Source: Escherichia coli (GTDB taxonomy: Bacteria > Pseudomonadota > Gammaproteobacteria > Enterobacterales > Enterobacteriaceae). Taken from it: 64,000 bases of DNA. Made by a program: the position numbers and the translations under genes. The DNA is taken from the NCBI RefSeq assembly GCF_003018235.1, contig NZ_CP027437.1. The stretch is one strand, 5' to 3'. The notes below the pieces were generated by a model. It ran no database searches and was not told where the DNA came from. It saw nothing but the letters and a program-made list of their open reading frames with translations. Shown here in pieces: positions 31,906 to 43,202 of the stretch (its first letter is position 1; every line of letters starts with the position of its first letter).

Positions 31906-34185
31906 ATGAAGAAAAAAATTGAATCCTACCAGGGAGCTGCCGGTGGTTGGGGTGCTGTTAAATCCGTAGCAAATGCAGTACGTAAGCAGATGGATATACG
32001 CCAGGATGTTATTGCCATGTTTGACATGAATAAGCCAGAGGGCTTTGACTGTCCGGGATGTGCATGGCCAGATCCTAAGCACAGTGCGTCATTCGACATT
32101 TGTGAAAACGGCGCAAAAGCAATCGCCTGGGAAGTCACGGATAAGCAGGTAAATGCCTCTTTCTTTGCTGAGAATACGGTTCAATCATTACTTACCTGGG
32201 GAGATCACGAGCTTGAGGCTGCGGGGCGTCTCACTCAGCCTTTGAAATATGATGCCGTCAGCGACTGTTACAAGCCATTAAGCTGGCAACAAGCTTTCGA
32301 CGAAATAGGCGCACGCCTTCAAAGCTATAGTGATCCCAATCAGGTTGAATTCTATACTTCGGGCCGCACTTCCAATGAAGCTGCCTTTCTTTATCAGCTT
32401 TTTGCCCGTGAATACGGGAGCAATAACTTTCCCGACTGTTCCAACATGTGCCATGAACCGACCAGTGTGGGTTTGGCAGCGAGTATCGGTGTAGGTAAAG
32501 GGACCGTGTTGCTGGAAGACTTTGAGAAATGCGATTTAGTCATTTGCATTGGGCATAACCCTGGTACAAACCACCCTCGCATGTTGACTTCGTTGCGCGC
32601 TTTAGTGAAACGGGGAGCGAAAATGATCGCCATCAATCCTCTACAGGAACGTGGCCTGGAGCGATTTACCGCACCGCAAAACCCGTTTGAAATGCTGACG
32701 AACTCTGAGACTCAGTTGGCCAGTGCCTACTACAACGTGCGCATTGGTGGTGATATGGCGTTGCTCAAGGGGATGATGCGCCTGTTAATTGAGCGCGATG
32801 ATGCTGCAAGCGCCGCAGGTCGGCCCTCATTGCTGGATGACGAATTTATTCAAACGCATACCGTCGGCTTTGACGAGCTACGCCGTGACGTTCTCAATTC
32901 CGAGTGGAAAGATATCGAGCGTATTTCTGGACTAAGTCAGACTCAAATCGCCGAACTGGCTGATGCATATGCCGCTGCCGAACGCACCATTATCTGTTAC
33001 GGAATGGGGATCACTCAGCACGAACATGGTACCCAGAATGTACAGCAACTGGTCAATCTGCTGTTGATGAAAGGTAACATTGGCAAGCCTGGTGCGGGTA
33101 TCTGCCCACTACGAGGTCACTCTAATGTACAGGGCGACCGAACCGTCGGTATCACCGAGAAACCGTCTGCAGAGTTTCTGGCTCGCCTGGGTGAGCGCTA
33201 TGGTTTCACCCCACCTCATGCACCTGGACATGCTGCAATTGCCAGCATGCAAGCAATATGTACGGGGCAGGCTCGAGCATTGATCTGCATGGGGGGCAAC
33301 TTTGCACTGGCAATGCCAGATCGGGAAGCGAGCGCTGTACCGTTAACGCAATTAGACCTGGCGGTACACGTTGCCACTAAGCTTAACCGCTCTCATCTGC
33401 TGACCGCACAGCATAGCTATATTCTGCCGGTTCTTGGGCGTAGCGAGATTGACATGCAAAAAAGCGGTGCGCAGGCGGTAACCGTTGAGGATTCAATGTC
33501 GATGATTCATGCCTCGCGTGGCGTGTTAAAACCCGCCGGTGTAATGCTGAAATCAGAGTGTGCAGTGGTCGCGGGAATCGCGCAGGCAGCACTACCCCAG
33601 AGCGTGGTAGCCTGGGAGTATCTGGTGGAAGATTATGATCGCATTCGCAATGACATTGAAGCTGTGCTGCCAGAGTTCGCCGACTATAACCAGCGCATCC
33701 GTCATCCTGGAGGTTTTCACCTGATAAACGCAGCTGCTGAAAGGCGCTGGAGGACGTCGTCAGGTAAGGCTAATTTCATTACCAGTAAAGGGCTGTTAGA
33801 AGATCCCTCTTCAGCGTTTAACAGTAAGCTAGTCATGGCGACAGTACGCAGTCACGATCAGTACAACACGACGATTTATGGTATGGATGATCGCTATCGA
33901 GGGGTATTCGGTCAACGAGATGTGGTCTTTATGAGTGCTAAACAAGCTAAAATTTGCCGTGTAAAAAACGGCGAAAGAGTTAATCTTATTGCGCTTACGC
34001 CAGACGGTAAGCGAAGCTCACGCCGCATGGATAGATTAAAAGTGGTCATTTACCCTATGGCTGACCGCTCACTGGTGACCTATTTTCCAGAATCGAATCA
34101 CATGCTAACACTTGATAACCACGATCCATTAAGTGGCATTCCTGGCTATAAAAGTATTCCGGTTGAATTAGAACCATCAAATTAA
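31906..34185 (+). CDS. ydeP: Molybdopterin oxidoreductase (formate-dehydrogenase-like), acid-resistance associated
   Basis: 759-aa ORF ([25 protein letters not shown]...). Confidence 0.95.
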   Translation: MKKKIESYQGAAGGWGAVKSVANAVRKQMDIRQDVIAMFDMNKPEGFDCPGCAWPDPKHSASFDICENGAKAIAWEVTDKQVNASFFAENTVQSLLTWGDHELEAAGRLTQPLKYDAVSDCYKPLSWQQAFDEIGARLQSYSDPNQVEFYTSGRTSNEAAFLYQLFAREYGSNNFPDCSNMCHEPTSVGLAASIGVGKGTVLLEDFEKCDLVICIGHNPGTNHPRMLTSLRALVKRGAKMIAINPLQERGLERFTAPQNPFEMLTNSETQLASAYYNVRIGGDMALLKGMMRLLIERDDAASAAGRPSLLDDEFIQTHTVGFDELRRDVLNSEWKDIERISGLSQTQIAELADAYAAAERTIICYGMGITQHEHGTQNVQQLVNLLLMKGNIGKPGAGICPLRGHSNVQGDRTVGITEKPSAEFLARLGERYGFTPPHAPGHAAIASMQAICTGQARALICMGGNFALAMPDREASAVPLTQLDLAVHVATKLNRSHLLTAQHSYILPVLGRSEIDMQKSGAQAVTVEDSMSMIHASRGVLKPAGVMLKSECAVVAGIAQAALPQSVVAWEYLVEDYDRIRNDIEAVLPEFADYNQRIRHPGGFHLINAAAERRWRTSSGKANFITSKGLLEDPSSAFNSKLVMATVRSHDQYNTTIYGMDDRYRGVFGQRDVVFMSAKQAKICRVKNGERVNLIALTPDGKRSSRRMDRLKVVIYPMADRSLVTYFPESNHMLTLDNHDPLSGIPGYKSIPVELEPSN

Positions 34186-34198
34186 TTCGCCTCCTCAT

Positions 34199-34233
34199 TT
34201 CTTCTGCTGTCATCCGCACAGCAGAAGAATTCC
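34199..34233. terminator. Strong stem-loop downstream of ydeP (putative terminator)
   Basis: TTCTTCTGCTG-(9 nt)-CAGCAGAAGAA, perfect 11-bp stem 14 nt after the ydeP stop; weak T-tract. Confidence 0.5.
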
Positions 34234-34303
34234 TCATTGACCATTGTCGCGCAATTTACTCACATGTGCTAAATTAAACTGCTCGTTATAAGATATATAC
34301 CTC

Positions 34304-34321
34304 CGCCTACAGCTGTAAGAA
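34304..34321. promoter_or_regulatory. Putative EvgA box upstream of safA-ydeO
   Basis: CGCCTACA-GC-TGTAAGAA, same CCTACA-NN-TGTAAGAA core as the ydeP site; safA-ydeO is a known EvgA target. Confidence 0.5.
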
Positions 34322-34432
34322 ACTCCGCTCAGTACCGAAGCGCCAGTCCTATTTCCTCTATTCTCCAGCCTGTTATATTAAGCATACTGATTAACGATGC
34401 TTAACGTCATTCATTTAATAAACACATTTGAA

Positions 34433-34630
34433 ATGCATGCGACCATAGTGAAAAACAAAATCACGCAAAGAGACAACTATAAAGAAATCATGTCTGTAAT
34501 TGTGGTTGTCTTATTACTGACCCTTACGTTGATAGCCATTTTTTCGGCAATTGATCAGCTGGGTATTTCAGAAATGGGTCGCATTGCAAGGGATCTTACA
34601 CATTTCATTATCAATAGTTTGCAAGACTGA
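34433..34630 (+). CDS. safA: Small membrane connector protein (EvgSA to PhoQP)
   Basis: 65 aa from ATG 34433 (MHATIVKNKITQRDNYKEIMSVIVVVLLLTLTLIAIF...), single TM segment. Confidence 0.85.
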   Translation: MHATIVKNKITQRDNYKEIMSVIVVVLLLTLTLIAIFSAIDQLGISEMGRIARDLTHFIINSLQD

Positions 34631-34704
34631 AAATAAACAGCAAATTATAAATATGAAATGTTAAAAAAGTATCGATAAAAACTTTATTGTTTTAAGGAGA
34701 TAAA

Positions 34705-35466
34705 ATGTCGCTCGTTTGTTCTGTTATATTTATTCATCATGCCTTCAACGCTAACATTTTAGATAAAGATTACGCCTTCTCTGACGGCGAGATCCTGATG
34801 GTAGATAACGCTGTTCGTACGCATTTTGAACCTTATGAGCGGCATTTCAAAGAAATCGGATTTAATGAAAATACCATTAAAAAATATCTACAATGCACTA
34901 ACATCCAGACAGTGACGGTGCCTGTTCCTGCGAAGTTTTTACGTGCTTCAAATGTACCGACTGGATTGCTTAATGAAATGATTGCTTATCTCAACTCGGA
35001 AGAACGCAATCATCATAATTTTTCAGAACTTTTGCTTTTTTCTTGCCTGTCTATTTTTGCCACATGCAAAGGTTTCATTACACTATTAACTAACGGTGTG
35101 CTATCCGTTTCCGGGAAAGTGAGAAATATTGTCAACATGAAGCTGGCGCACCCATGGAAGCTGAAAGATATTTGTGACTGCCTGTACATCAGTGAAAGCC
35201 TGCTCAAGAAAAAACTAAAGCAAGAGCAAACGACATTCTCACAGATTCTTTTAGATGCCAGAATGCAGCACGCAAAAAATTTGATACGCGTAGAAGGTTC
35301 AGTTAATAAAATTGCCGAACAATGTGGTTATGCCAGTACATCTTATTTTATTTATGCGTTCCGCAAACATTTCGGCAACAGTCCGAAGAGAGTTTCTAAG
35401 GAGTACCGTTGTCAAAGGCACACGGGAATAAATACGGGCAACACGATGAATGCTTTAGCTATTTGA
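34705..35466 (+). CDS. ydeO: AraC-family acid-resistance regulator
   Basis: 253-aa ORF with C-terminal AraC HTH (...YASTSYFIYAFRKHFGNSPKR). Confidence 0.9.
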   Translation: MSLVCSVIFIHHAFNANILDKDYAFSDGEILMVDNAVRTHFEPYERHFKEIGFNENTIKKYLQCTNIQTVTVPVPAKFLRASNVPTGLLNEMIAYLNSEERNHHNFSELLLFSCLSIFATCKGFITLLTNGVLSVSGKVRNIVNMKLAHPWKLKDICDCLYISESLLKKKLKQEQTTFSQILLDARMQHAKNLIRVEGSVNKIAEQCGYASTSYFIYAFRKHFGNSPKRVSKEYRCQRHTGINTGNTMNALAI

Positions 35467-35868
35467 TTATTTGCTAACAAGTATTCAACCACGCACCCTA
35501 CGTAAAAATTAAAATGGGGCAGCCATTCCCTGCCCCGCGTTGTCTCCAGTCGATATATTATCATGAGATAAATAAGTGACAGCCGTCACATATTTATGCA
35601 TTTACATAACCTGTTGCATGATTATTTATGATCTCAATTCTGGATTTTGTCAGTAAATATAATATTTTATTAAATATCAATGGATTAGATGTTTATCATT
35701 GAGAAATTACTTAGTAGAACAGAAAGTAATGTCAACGCTTTATGGACTGTTATTTCCCTTTTTTTAGCTAAATCTGCTATCTCTTTATGTGACTAACTTC
35801 ACTTACACCCACTTATTTCTCTTCGTAAAATTACTTTGGAATTAAGTACAATAAGAAGAGGAACATTT

Positions 35869-37551
35869 ATGAAGTCTGCATTAAAGAAAAGTGTCGTAAG
35901 TACCTCGATATCTTTGATACTGGCATCTGGTATGGCTGCATTTGCTGCTCATGCGGCAGATGATGTAAAGCTGAAAGCAACCAAAACAAACGTTGCTTTC
36001 TCAGACTTTACGCCGACTGAATACAGTACCAAGGGAAAGCCAAATATTATCGTACTGACTATGGATGATCTTGGTTATGGACAACTTCCTTTTGATAAGG
36101 GATCTTTTGACCCAAAAACAATGGAAAATCGTGAAGTTGTCGATACCTACAAAATAGGGATAGATAAAGCCATTGAAGCTGCGCAAAAATCAACGCCGAC
36201 GCTCCTTTCATTAATGGATGAAGGCGTACGTTTTACTAACGGCTATGTGGCGCACGGTGTTTCCGGCCCCTCCCGCGCCGCAATAATGACCGGTCGAGCG
36301 CCCGCCCGCTTTGGTGTCTATTCCAATACCGATGCTCAGGATGGTATTCCGCTAACAGAAACTTTCTTGCCTGAATTATTCCAGAATCATGGTTATTACA
36401 CTGCAGCAGTAGGTAAATGGCACTTGTCAAAAATCAGTAATGTGCCGGTACCGGAAGATAAACAAACGCGTGACTATCATGACAACTTCACCACATTTTC
36501 TGCGGAAGAATGGCAACCTCAAAACCGTGGCTTTGATTACTTTATGGGATTCCACGCTGCAGGAACGGCATATTACAACTCCCCTTCACTGTTCAAAAAC
36601 CGTGAACGCGTCCCCGCAAAAGGTTATATCAGCGATCAGTTAACCGATGAGGCAATTGGCGTTGTTGATCGTGCCAAAACACTTGACCAGCCTTTTATGC
36701 TTTACCTGGCTTATAATGCTCCGCACCTGCCAAATGATAATCCTGCACCGGAGCAATATCAGAAGCAATTTAATACTGGTAGTCAAACAGCAGATAACTA
36801 CTACGCTTCCGTTTATTCTGTTGATCAGGGTGTAAAACGCATTCTCGAACAACTGAAGAAGAACGGACAGTATGACAATACTATTATTCTCTTTACCTCC
36901 GATAATGGTGCGGTTATCGATGGTCCTCTGCCGCTGAACGGGGCGCAAAAAGGCTATAAGAGTCAGACCTATCCTGGCGGTACTCACACCCCAATGTTTA
37001 TGTGGTGGAAAGGAAAACTTCAACCCGGTAATTATGACAAGCTGATTTCCGCAATGGATTTCTACCCGACAGCTCTTGATGCAGCCGATATCAGCATTCC
37101 AAAAGACCTTAAGCTGGATGGCGTTTCCTTGCTGCCCTGGTTGCAAGATAAGAAACAAGGTGAGCCACATAAAAATCTGACCTGGATAACCTCTTATTCT
37201 CACTGGTTTGATGAGGAAAATATTCCCTTCTGGGATAATTACCACAAATTTGTCCGCCATCAGTCAGACGATTACCCGCATAACCCCAACACCGAGGATT
37301 TAAGCCAATTCTCTTATACGGTGAGAAATAACGATTATTCGCTAGTCTATACAGTAGAAAACAATCAGTTAGGTCTCTACAAACTGACGGATCTACAGCA
37401 AAAAGATAACCTTGCCTCCGCGAATCCGCAGGTCGTTAAAGAGATGCAAGGCGTGGTAAGAGAGTTTATCGACAACAGCCAGCCACCGCTTAGCGAGGTA
37501 AATCAGGAGAAGTTTAACAATATCAAGAAAGCACTAAGCGAAGCGAAATAA
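35869..37551 (+). CDS. ydeN: Periplasmic sulfatase (Ser/Cys-type, needs maturation)
   Basis: 560 aa from ATG 35869 (SD AGGA upstream); signal peptide; sulfatase domain with SGPSRAAIMTGR. Confidence 0.9.
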   Translation: MKSALKKSVVSTSISLILASGMAAFAAHAADDVKLKATKTNVAFSDFTPTEYSTKGKPNIIVLTMDDLGYGQLPFDKGSFDPKTMENREVVDTYKIGIDKAIEAAQKSTPTLLSLMDEGVRFTNGYVAHGVSGPSRAAIMTGRAPARFGVYSNTDAQDGIPLTETFLPELFQNHGYYTAAVGKWHLSKISNVPVPEDKQTRDYHDNFTTFSAEEWQPQNRGFDYFMGFHAAGTAYYNSPSLFKNRERVPAKGYISDQLTDEAIGVVDRAKTLDQPFMLYLAYNAPHLPNDNPAPEQYQKQFNTGSQTADNYYASVYSVDQGVKRILEQLKKNGQYDNTIILFTSDNGAVIDGPLPLNGAQKGYKSQTYPGGTHTPMFMWWKGKLQPGNYDKLISAMDFYPTALDAADISIPKDLKLDGVSLLPWLQDKKQGEPHKNLTWITSYSHWFDEENIPFWDNYHKFVRHQSDDYPHNPNTEDLSQFSYTVRNNDYSLVYTVENNQLGLYKLTDLQQKDNLASANPQVVKEMQGVVREFIDNSQPPLSEVNQEKFNNIKKALSEAK

Positions 37552-37563
37552 CTAAACCTTCAT

Positions 37564-37588
37564 GCGGCGGATTTTTCCGCCGCCTTAT
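37564..37588 (+). other. Stem-loop between ydeN and ydeM
   Basis: GCGGCGGA-tttt-TCCGCCGC, perfect 8-bp stem 13 nt after the ydeN stop; no T-tract. Confidence 0.4.
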
Positions 37589-37602
37589 TGAGCGAGATAG
37601 CG

Positions 37603-38760
37603 ATGCACGTTACAGCCAAGCCCTCCAGTTTTCAATGTAATCTCAAATGTGATTACTGTTTTTACCTTGAAAAAGAGTCGCAGTTTACTCATGAAAAATG
37701 GATGGATGACAGCACTCTGAAAGAGTTCATCAAACAATATATCGCAGCGTCTGGCAATCAGGTCTATTTTACCTGGCAAGGCGGTGAACCCACTCTGGCT
37801 GGCCTGGATTTTTTCCGTAAAGTTATTCACTATCAACAACGCTATGCCGGCCAAAAACGAATTTTTAATGCATTACAAACGAATGGCATTTTATTGAATA
37901 ATGAATGGTGTGCCTTTCTCAAAGAACATGAGTTTCTGGTTGGTATCTCGATCGATGGCCCCCAGGAGCTACATGACCGCTACAGACGCAGTAATTCAGG
38001 TAACGGTACTTTTGCAAAAGTGATAGCAGCCATCGAGCGTCTGAAATCATATCAAATAGAGTTTAATACGTTAACCGTCATTAATAACATTAATGTCCAT
38101 TACCCTCTTGAGGTTTATCATTTTTTAAAATCTATCGGCAGTAAACATATGCAATTTATCGAATTGCTCGAAACCGGGACGCCGAATATTGATTTCAGTG
38201 GTCATAGTGAGAACACATTCCGTATCATTGATTTTTCTGTGCCTCCTACGGCTTATGGCAAGTTTATGTCGACCATTTTTATGCAATGGGTTAAAAACGA
38301 TGTGGGTGAAATTTTCATCCGTCAGTTTGAAAGCTTTGCCAGCCGTTTTTTGGGGAATGGGCATACCAGTTGTATTTTCCAGGAGTCCTGCAAGGATAAT
38401 CTGGTTGTTGAAAGTAATGGAGACATTTACGAATGCGACCATTTTGTCTATCCACAGTACAAAATTGGAAACATTAATAAATCTGAACTTAAAACGATGA
38501 ACAGTGTACAACTGACAGCGCAAAAAAAACGGATTTCAGCGAAATGTCAGCAATGTGCATATAAACCTATCTGCAATGGCGGTTGCCCTAAGCATCGTAT
38601 TACTAAAGTAAACAATGAGACTGTTTCCTATTTTTGCGAAGGTTATAAAATCCTTTTTTCAACCATGGTACCTTATATGAACGCCATGGTGGAGTTAGCC
38701 AAGAACAGAGTACCGCTTTACCACATCATGGATGTTGCAAGACAAATGGAGAATAATTAA
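37603..38760 (+). CDS. ydeM: Anaerobic sulfatase-maturating enzyme (radical SAM/SPASM)
   Basis: 385 aa from ATG 37603 ([21 protein letters not shown]...), CxxxCxxC radical-SAM motif plus C-terminal Cys clusters. Confidence 0.9.
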   Translation: MHVTAKPSSFQCNLKCDYCFYLEKESQFTHEKWMDDSTLKEFIKQYIAASGNQVYFTWQGGEPTLAGLDFFRKVIHYQQRYAGQKRIFNALQTNGILLNNEWCAFLKEHEFLVGISIDGPQELHDRYRRSNSGNGTFAKVIAAIERLKSYQIEFNTLTVINNINVHYPLEVYHFLKSIGSKHMQFIELLETGTPNIDFSGHSENTFRIIDFSVPPTAYGKFMSTIFMQWVKNDVGEIFIRQFESFASRFLGNGHTSCIFQESCKDNLVVESNGDIYECDHFVYPQYKIGNINKSELKTMNSVQLTAQKKRISAKCQQCAYKPICNGGCPKHRITKVNNETVSYFCEGYKILFSTMVPYMNAMVELAKNRVPLYHIMDVARQMENN

Positions 38761-38812
38761 TAACGCTCCCTCTTTGCTCCAGTCTTAGCTTCGTTCTTAT
38801 GGCCTTAACAAG

Positions 38813-38844
38813 ACACCCGACATAAATTACTGTTGGGTGTTTCG
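38813..38844 (+). terminator. Terminator-like hairpin downstream of ydeM
   Basis: ACACCCGACA-(8 nt)-TGTTGGGTGT (one G-U) followed by TTCG. Confidence 0.5.
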
Positions 38845-39050
38845 TCATCATCATCTTCCCTTGCGAAAATTCTGACTTACGTGGTATGCGTCAGGGCATT
38901 AGCAATACCCTTGATTATCAATAGCATAACCATAACCACTGAAAATTAAAAAATTCTTTATATTTCATATTGTTAAATGATACTTAAATAAATTTCATCA
39001 GTAAATCATTGCCATAGATAATCATTGGATGGCACAATCAATTTTCGCTA

Positions 39051-40736
39051 ATGATAACCATTCCCATTACATTTCGTATGTTGATAGCAAAGTATCTCTG
39101 TCTGCTGAAGCCCTTTTGGCTGCGTAAGAATAATAAAACTTCAGTGCTGTTAATCATTATTATCCTCGCCATGATCCTTGGCGTTGTTAAAATTCAGGTC
39201 TGGTTAAACGACTGGAATAATGATTTTTTCAATGCGCTAAGCCAGAAAGAAACCGATAAGCTTTGGCAGCTTGTTCTTTGGTTCCCTGCCCTGCTGGGGA
39301 TCTTTGTATTAATATCCGTAAACAAAACATGGTTAATTAAACTACTGACAATTCGCTGGCGCGAATGGTTAACAGATTACTACCTTAATCGCTGGTTTGC
39401 AGATAAAAACTACTACTTCACGCAGATCTACGGTGAGCATAAAAATACAGATAACCCTGACCAACGTATCGCTGAAGACATTCTCTTACTGATCAGCAAA
39501 ACGCTCAGCCTTTCATTTGGCTTCATCCAGTCACTTAGCATGCTGATCACCTTTACCGTTATTCTTTGGCAAAGCGCGGGTACGCTCTCATTCACTGTTG
39601 GTGGAACTGAATGGAATATCCAGGGGTATATGGTCTATACCGTCGTGCTCATTGTGATCTGTGGAACTTTATTTACCCATAAGGTTGGTAAACGTATTCG
39701 TCCGCTTAATGTGGAAAAACAACGTAGCGAAGCGACATTTCGAACTAATCTTGTGCAGCATAATAAGCAGGCAGAACTGATTGCGCTAAGCAATGCTGAG
39801 TCTTTACAACGCCAGGAGTTGAGCGACAATTTTCATACCATTAAAGAGAACTGGCATCGTTTAATGAATCGTCAGCGCTGGCTTGATTACTGGCAGAATA
39901 TTTATTCGCGCTCGCTTAGCGTTCTTCCCTACTTTCTGTTATTGCCACAGTTTATTAGCGGACAGATCAATCTGGGCGGACTGATGAAATCGCGCCAGGC
40001 ATTTATGCTGGTATCGAACAATTTAAGCTGGTTTATTTATAAATATGACGAACTCGCTGAACTGGCTGCGGTTATCGATCGCTTGTATGAGTTCCATCAA
40101 CTCACCGAACAGCGCCCTACGAATAAGCCAAAAAATTGCCAACATGCGGTTCAAGTGGCTGACGCGAGTATTCGTACTCCTGATAATAAGGTTATATTAG
40201 AGAACCTGAACTTTCATGTTTCGCCAGGCAAATGGCTCTTACTGAAAGGTTACTCTGGTGCGGGAAAAACCACACTGCTTAAAACATTATCCCACTGCTG
40301 GCCGTGGTTTAAAGGTGATATTTCGTCTCCTGCTGACAGTTGGTATGTGTCACAAACACCGTTAATCAAAACCGGCTTACTGAAAGAGATAATTTGTAAA
40401 GCACTTCCCTTGTCCGTAGACGATAAATCGTTGAGCGAAGTACTGCATCAGGTTGGTCTGGGGAAATTGGCTGCGCGTATTCATGACCACGATCGCTGGG
40501 GAGATATTCTTTCCAGCGGCGAAAAACAACGTATCGCCCTGGCACGATTAATTTTACGACGTCCGAAATGGATATTTCTTGACGAAACTACCTCTCATCT
40601 TGAGGAACAAGAGGCTATCCGCTTACTGCGTTTAGTGCGTGAAAAACTACCCACAAGCGGCGTCATTATGGTTACACATCAACCCGGTGTCTGGAACCTG
40701 GCTGATGATATTTGTGACATTAGCGCGGTTTTATAA
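39051..40736 (+). CDS. yddA: Fused ABC transporter permease/ATPase
   Basis: 561-aa ORF; N-terminal TM domain, C-terminal ABC ATPase (GYSGAGKTT, LSSGEKQR). Confidence 0.9.
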   Translation: MITIPITFRMLIAKYLCLLKPFWLRKNNKTSVLLIIIILAMILGVVKIQVWLNDWNNDFFNALSQKETDKLWQLVLWFPALLGIFVLISVNKTWLIKLLTIRWREWLTDYYLNRWFADKNYYFTQIYGEHKNTDNPDQRIAEDILLLISKTLSLSFGFIQSLSMLITFTVILWQSAGTLSFTVGGTEWNIQGYMVYTVVLIVICGTLFTHKVGKRIRPLNVEKQRSEATFRTNLVQHNKQAELIALSNAESLQRQELSDNFHTIKENWHRLMNRQRWLDYWQNIYSRSLSVLPYFLLLPQFISGQINLGGLMKSRQAFMLVSNNLSWFIYKYDELAELAAVIDRLYEFHQLTEQRPTNKPKNCQHAVQVADASIRTPDNKVILENLNFHVSPGKWLLLKGYSGAGKTTLLKTLSHCWPWFKGDISSPADSWYVSQTPLIKTGLLKEIICKALPLSVDDKSLSEVLHQVGLGKLAARIHDHDRWGDILSSGEKQRIALARLILRRPKWIFLDETTSHLEEQEAIRLLRLVREKLPTSGVIMVTHQPGVWNLADDICDISAVL

Positions 40737-40773
40737 AAACAATAAAAGCCCTGCTGTACGGAGATAAAAATAA

Positions 40774-43146
40774 ATGAAGCGAGTTCTTATTCCTGGCGTC
40801 ATTTTATGTGGCGCTGATGTGGCGCAGGCCGTCGATGACAAAAATATGTACATGCATGTTTTTGAAGAGATGACGGTCTATGCTCCTGTCCCTGTACCCG
40901 TAAACGGCAACACGCATTACACCAGTGAAAGCATCGAGCGTTTACCGACCGGGAATGGCAATATCAGCGATCTGCTGAGAACCAACCCTGCGGTACGCAT
41001 GGATTCAACGCAAAGTACCTCATTGAACCAGGGAGATATTCGCCCTGAGAAAATCTCTATTCACGGTGCGTCGCCCTACCAGAATGCCTATTTGATTGAT
41101 GGTATTAGTGCAACTAATAACCTGAACCCAGCGAATGAGTCCGATGCCAGTAGTGCAACCAATATTAGCGGGATGTCACAGGGGTATTATCTAGATGTCA
41201 GCTTACTTGACAATGTGACGCTTTATGACAGTTTTGTGCCGGTTGAATTTGGTCGCTTCAATGGCGGGGTAATTGATGCAAAGATCAAACGCTTCAATGC
41301 TGATGATAGCAGCGTGAAACTGGGTTATCGCACTACGCGTTCGGACTGGTTAACATCGCATATCGATGAGAATAACAAGAGCGCATTTAATCAAGGTTCT
41401 TCAGGAAGTACTTATTACTCTCCAGATTTTAAAAAGAACTTTTATACCTTGTCGTTTAATCAGGAACTGGCTGATAACTTCGGCGTTACCGCCGGTTTAT
41501 CGCGCCGCCAGTCTGATATCACCCGCGCGGATTATGTTTCGAATGACGGCATTGTCGCCGGTCGGGCACAGTATAAAAACGTTATCGATACCGCAGTGAG
41601 CAAATTTACCTGGTTTGCCAGCGACCGCTTTACCCACGATTTAACATTAAAATATACCGGCTCCAGTCGTGATTATAATACCAGCACCTTCCCGCAGTCT
41701 GATCGTGAAATGGGTAATAAATCCTACGGTCTGGCATGGGATATGGATACGCAGCTCGCAAGGGCCAAACTACGTACCACCGTTGGTTGGGATCATATTA
41801 GTGATTATACCCGTCACGATCATGACATCTGGTACACCGAACTTTCATGTACATATGGTGATATTACAGGGCGTTGCACCCGTGGCGGATTAGGACACAT
41901 TTCCCAGGCTGTAGATAATTACACCTTCAAAACACGCCTGGACTGGCAAAAATTCACCGTGGGTAATGTTTCGCATCAACCCTACTTCGGCGCGGAATAC
42001 ATCTATTCCGATGCATGGACTGAACGCCATAACCAGTCTGAATCCTATGTGATTAATGCTGCCGGAAAGAAAACTAACCATACCATTTACCATAAAGGTA
42101 AAGGCAGCCTGGGAATTGACAACTATACGCTGTATATGGCGGATCGCATTAGCTGGCGTAATGTGTCATTAATGCCCGGCGTGCGGTATGACTATGACAA
42201 CTATCTGTCAAACCACAATATCTCCCCGCGCTTTATGACGGAATGGGATATTTTTGCTGATCAAACCTCAATGATTACCGCCGGTTATAACCGTTACTAT
42301 GGCGGGAATATTCTTGATATGGGATTACGTGATATCCGCAATAGCTGGACGGAATCGGTATCAGGCAATAAAACCCTGACGCGTTATCAGGATTTGAAAA
42401 CACCTTATAACGATGAACTGGCAATGGGGTTGCAGCAGAAAATCGGTAAGAACGTTATTGCGCGTGCAAACTATGTTTATCGTGAAGCGCATGATCAAAT
42501 CAGTAAAAGCAGTCGTACCGACAGCGCGACTAAAACCACCATTACTGAATATAACAACGACGGCAAAACCAAAACGCATTCGTTCAACCTCAGTTTTGAA
42601 CTGGCCGAACCCCTGCATATCAGCCAGGTAGATATTAACCCGCAAATTGTCTTTAGCTATATCAAGAGCAAGGGCAACTTGTCGTTAAACAATGGTTATG
42701 AGGAAAGCAATACCGGCGATAACCAGGTGGTTTATAACGGTAATCTGGTCTCTTACGATAGCGTTCCAGTGGCAGATTTTAATAACCCATTAAAGATCTC
42801 CTTAAACATGGATTTCACGCATCAACCGAGCGGGTTGGTGTGGGCGAATACGCTGGCCTGGCAAGAAGCGCGTAAAGCTCGCATTATCCTGGGTAAGACG
42901 AATGCGCAATACATCAGCGAATATTCAGATTACAAGCAGTATGTTGACGAAAAACTGGATAGCAGCCTGACCTGGGACACCCGCTTGTCCTGGACGCCAC
43001 AATTTCTGAAACAACAAAACCTGACGATCAGTGCCGATATTCTCAATGTACTGGATAGCAAAACCGCGGTTGATACAACGAATACCGGTGTGGCGACCTA
43101 CGCCAGTGGCCGTACTTTCTGGCTTGATGTCAGCATGAAATTTTAA
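40774..43146 (+). CDS. yddB: TonB-dependent-receptor-like outer membrane protein
   Basis: 790-aa ORF with signal peptide and a beta-barrel-like C-terminus ending in F. Confidence 0.85.
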   Translation: MKRVLIPGVILCGADVAQAVDDKNMYMHVFEEMTVYAPVPVPVNGNTHYTSESIERLPTGNGNISDLLRTNPAVRMDSTQSTSLNQGDIRPEKISIHGASPYQNAYLIDGISATNNLNPANESDASSATNISGMSQGYYLDVSLLDNVTLYDSFVPVEFGRFNGGVIDAKIKRFNADDSSVKLGYRTTRSDWLTSHIDENNKSAFNQGSSGSTYYSPDFKKNFYTLSFNQELADNFGVTAGLSRRQSDITRADYVSNDGIVAGRAQYKNVIDTAVSKFTWFASDRFTHDLTLKYTGSSRDYNTSTFPQSDREMGNKSYGLAWDMDTQLARAKLRTTVGWDHISDYTRHDHDIWYTELSCTYGDITGRCTRGGLGHISQAVDNYTFKTRLDWQKFTVGNVSHQPYFGAEYIYSDAWTERHNQSESYVINAAGKKTNHTIYHKGKGSLGIDNYTLYMADRISWRNVSLMPGVRYDYDNYLSNHNISPRFMTEWDIFADQTSMITAGYNRYYGGNILDMGLRDIRNSWTESVSGNKTLTRYQDLKTPYNDELAMGLQQKIGKNVIARANYVYREAHDQISKSSRTDSATKTTITEYNNDGKTKTHSFNLSFELAEPLHISQVDINPQIVFSYIKSKGNLSLNNGYEESNTGDNQVVYNGNLVSYDSVPVADFNNPLKISLNMDFTHQPSGLVWANTLAWQEARKARIILGKTNAQYISEYSDYKQYVDEKLDSSLTWDTRLSWTPQFLKQQNLTISADILNVLDSKTAVDTTNTGVATYASGRTFWLDVSMKF

Positions 43147-43163
43147 TAGTTCGGATTTTACTT

Positions 43164-43187
43164 AACCGGGTAAATTTGCCCGGTTTT
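43164..43187 (+). terminator. Hairpin with T-tract between yddB and pqqL (terminator or attenuator)
   Basis: AACCGGG-(8 nt)-CCCGGTTTT ending ~15 nt before the pqqL start. Confidence 0.5.
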
Positions 43188-43202
43188 CGCATGGAGATAA
43201 TT

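Noticed and set aside
36640-37260. 206-aa antisense ORF inside ydeN
   Set aside because: Entirely within a well-supported sulfatase gene on the opposite strand; low-complexity I/L-rich translation with no start context. Likely a chance open frame.
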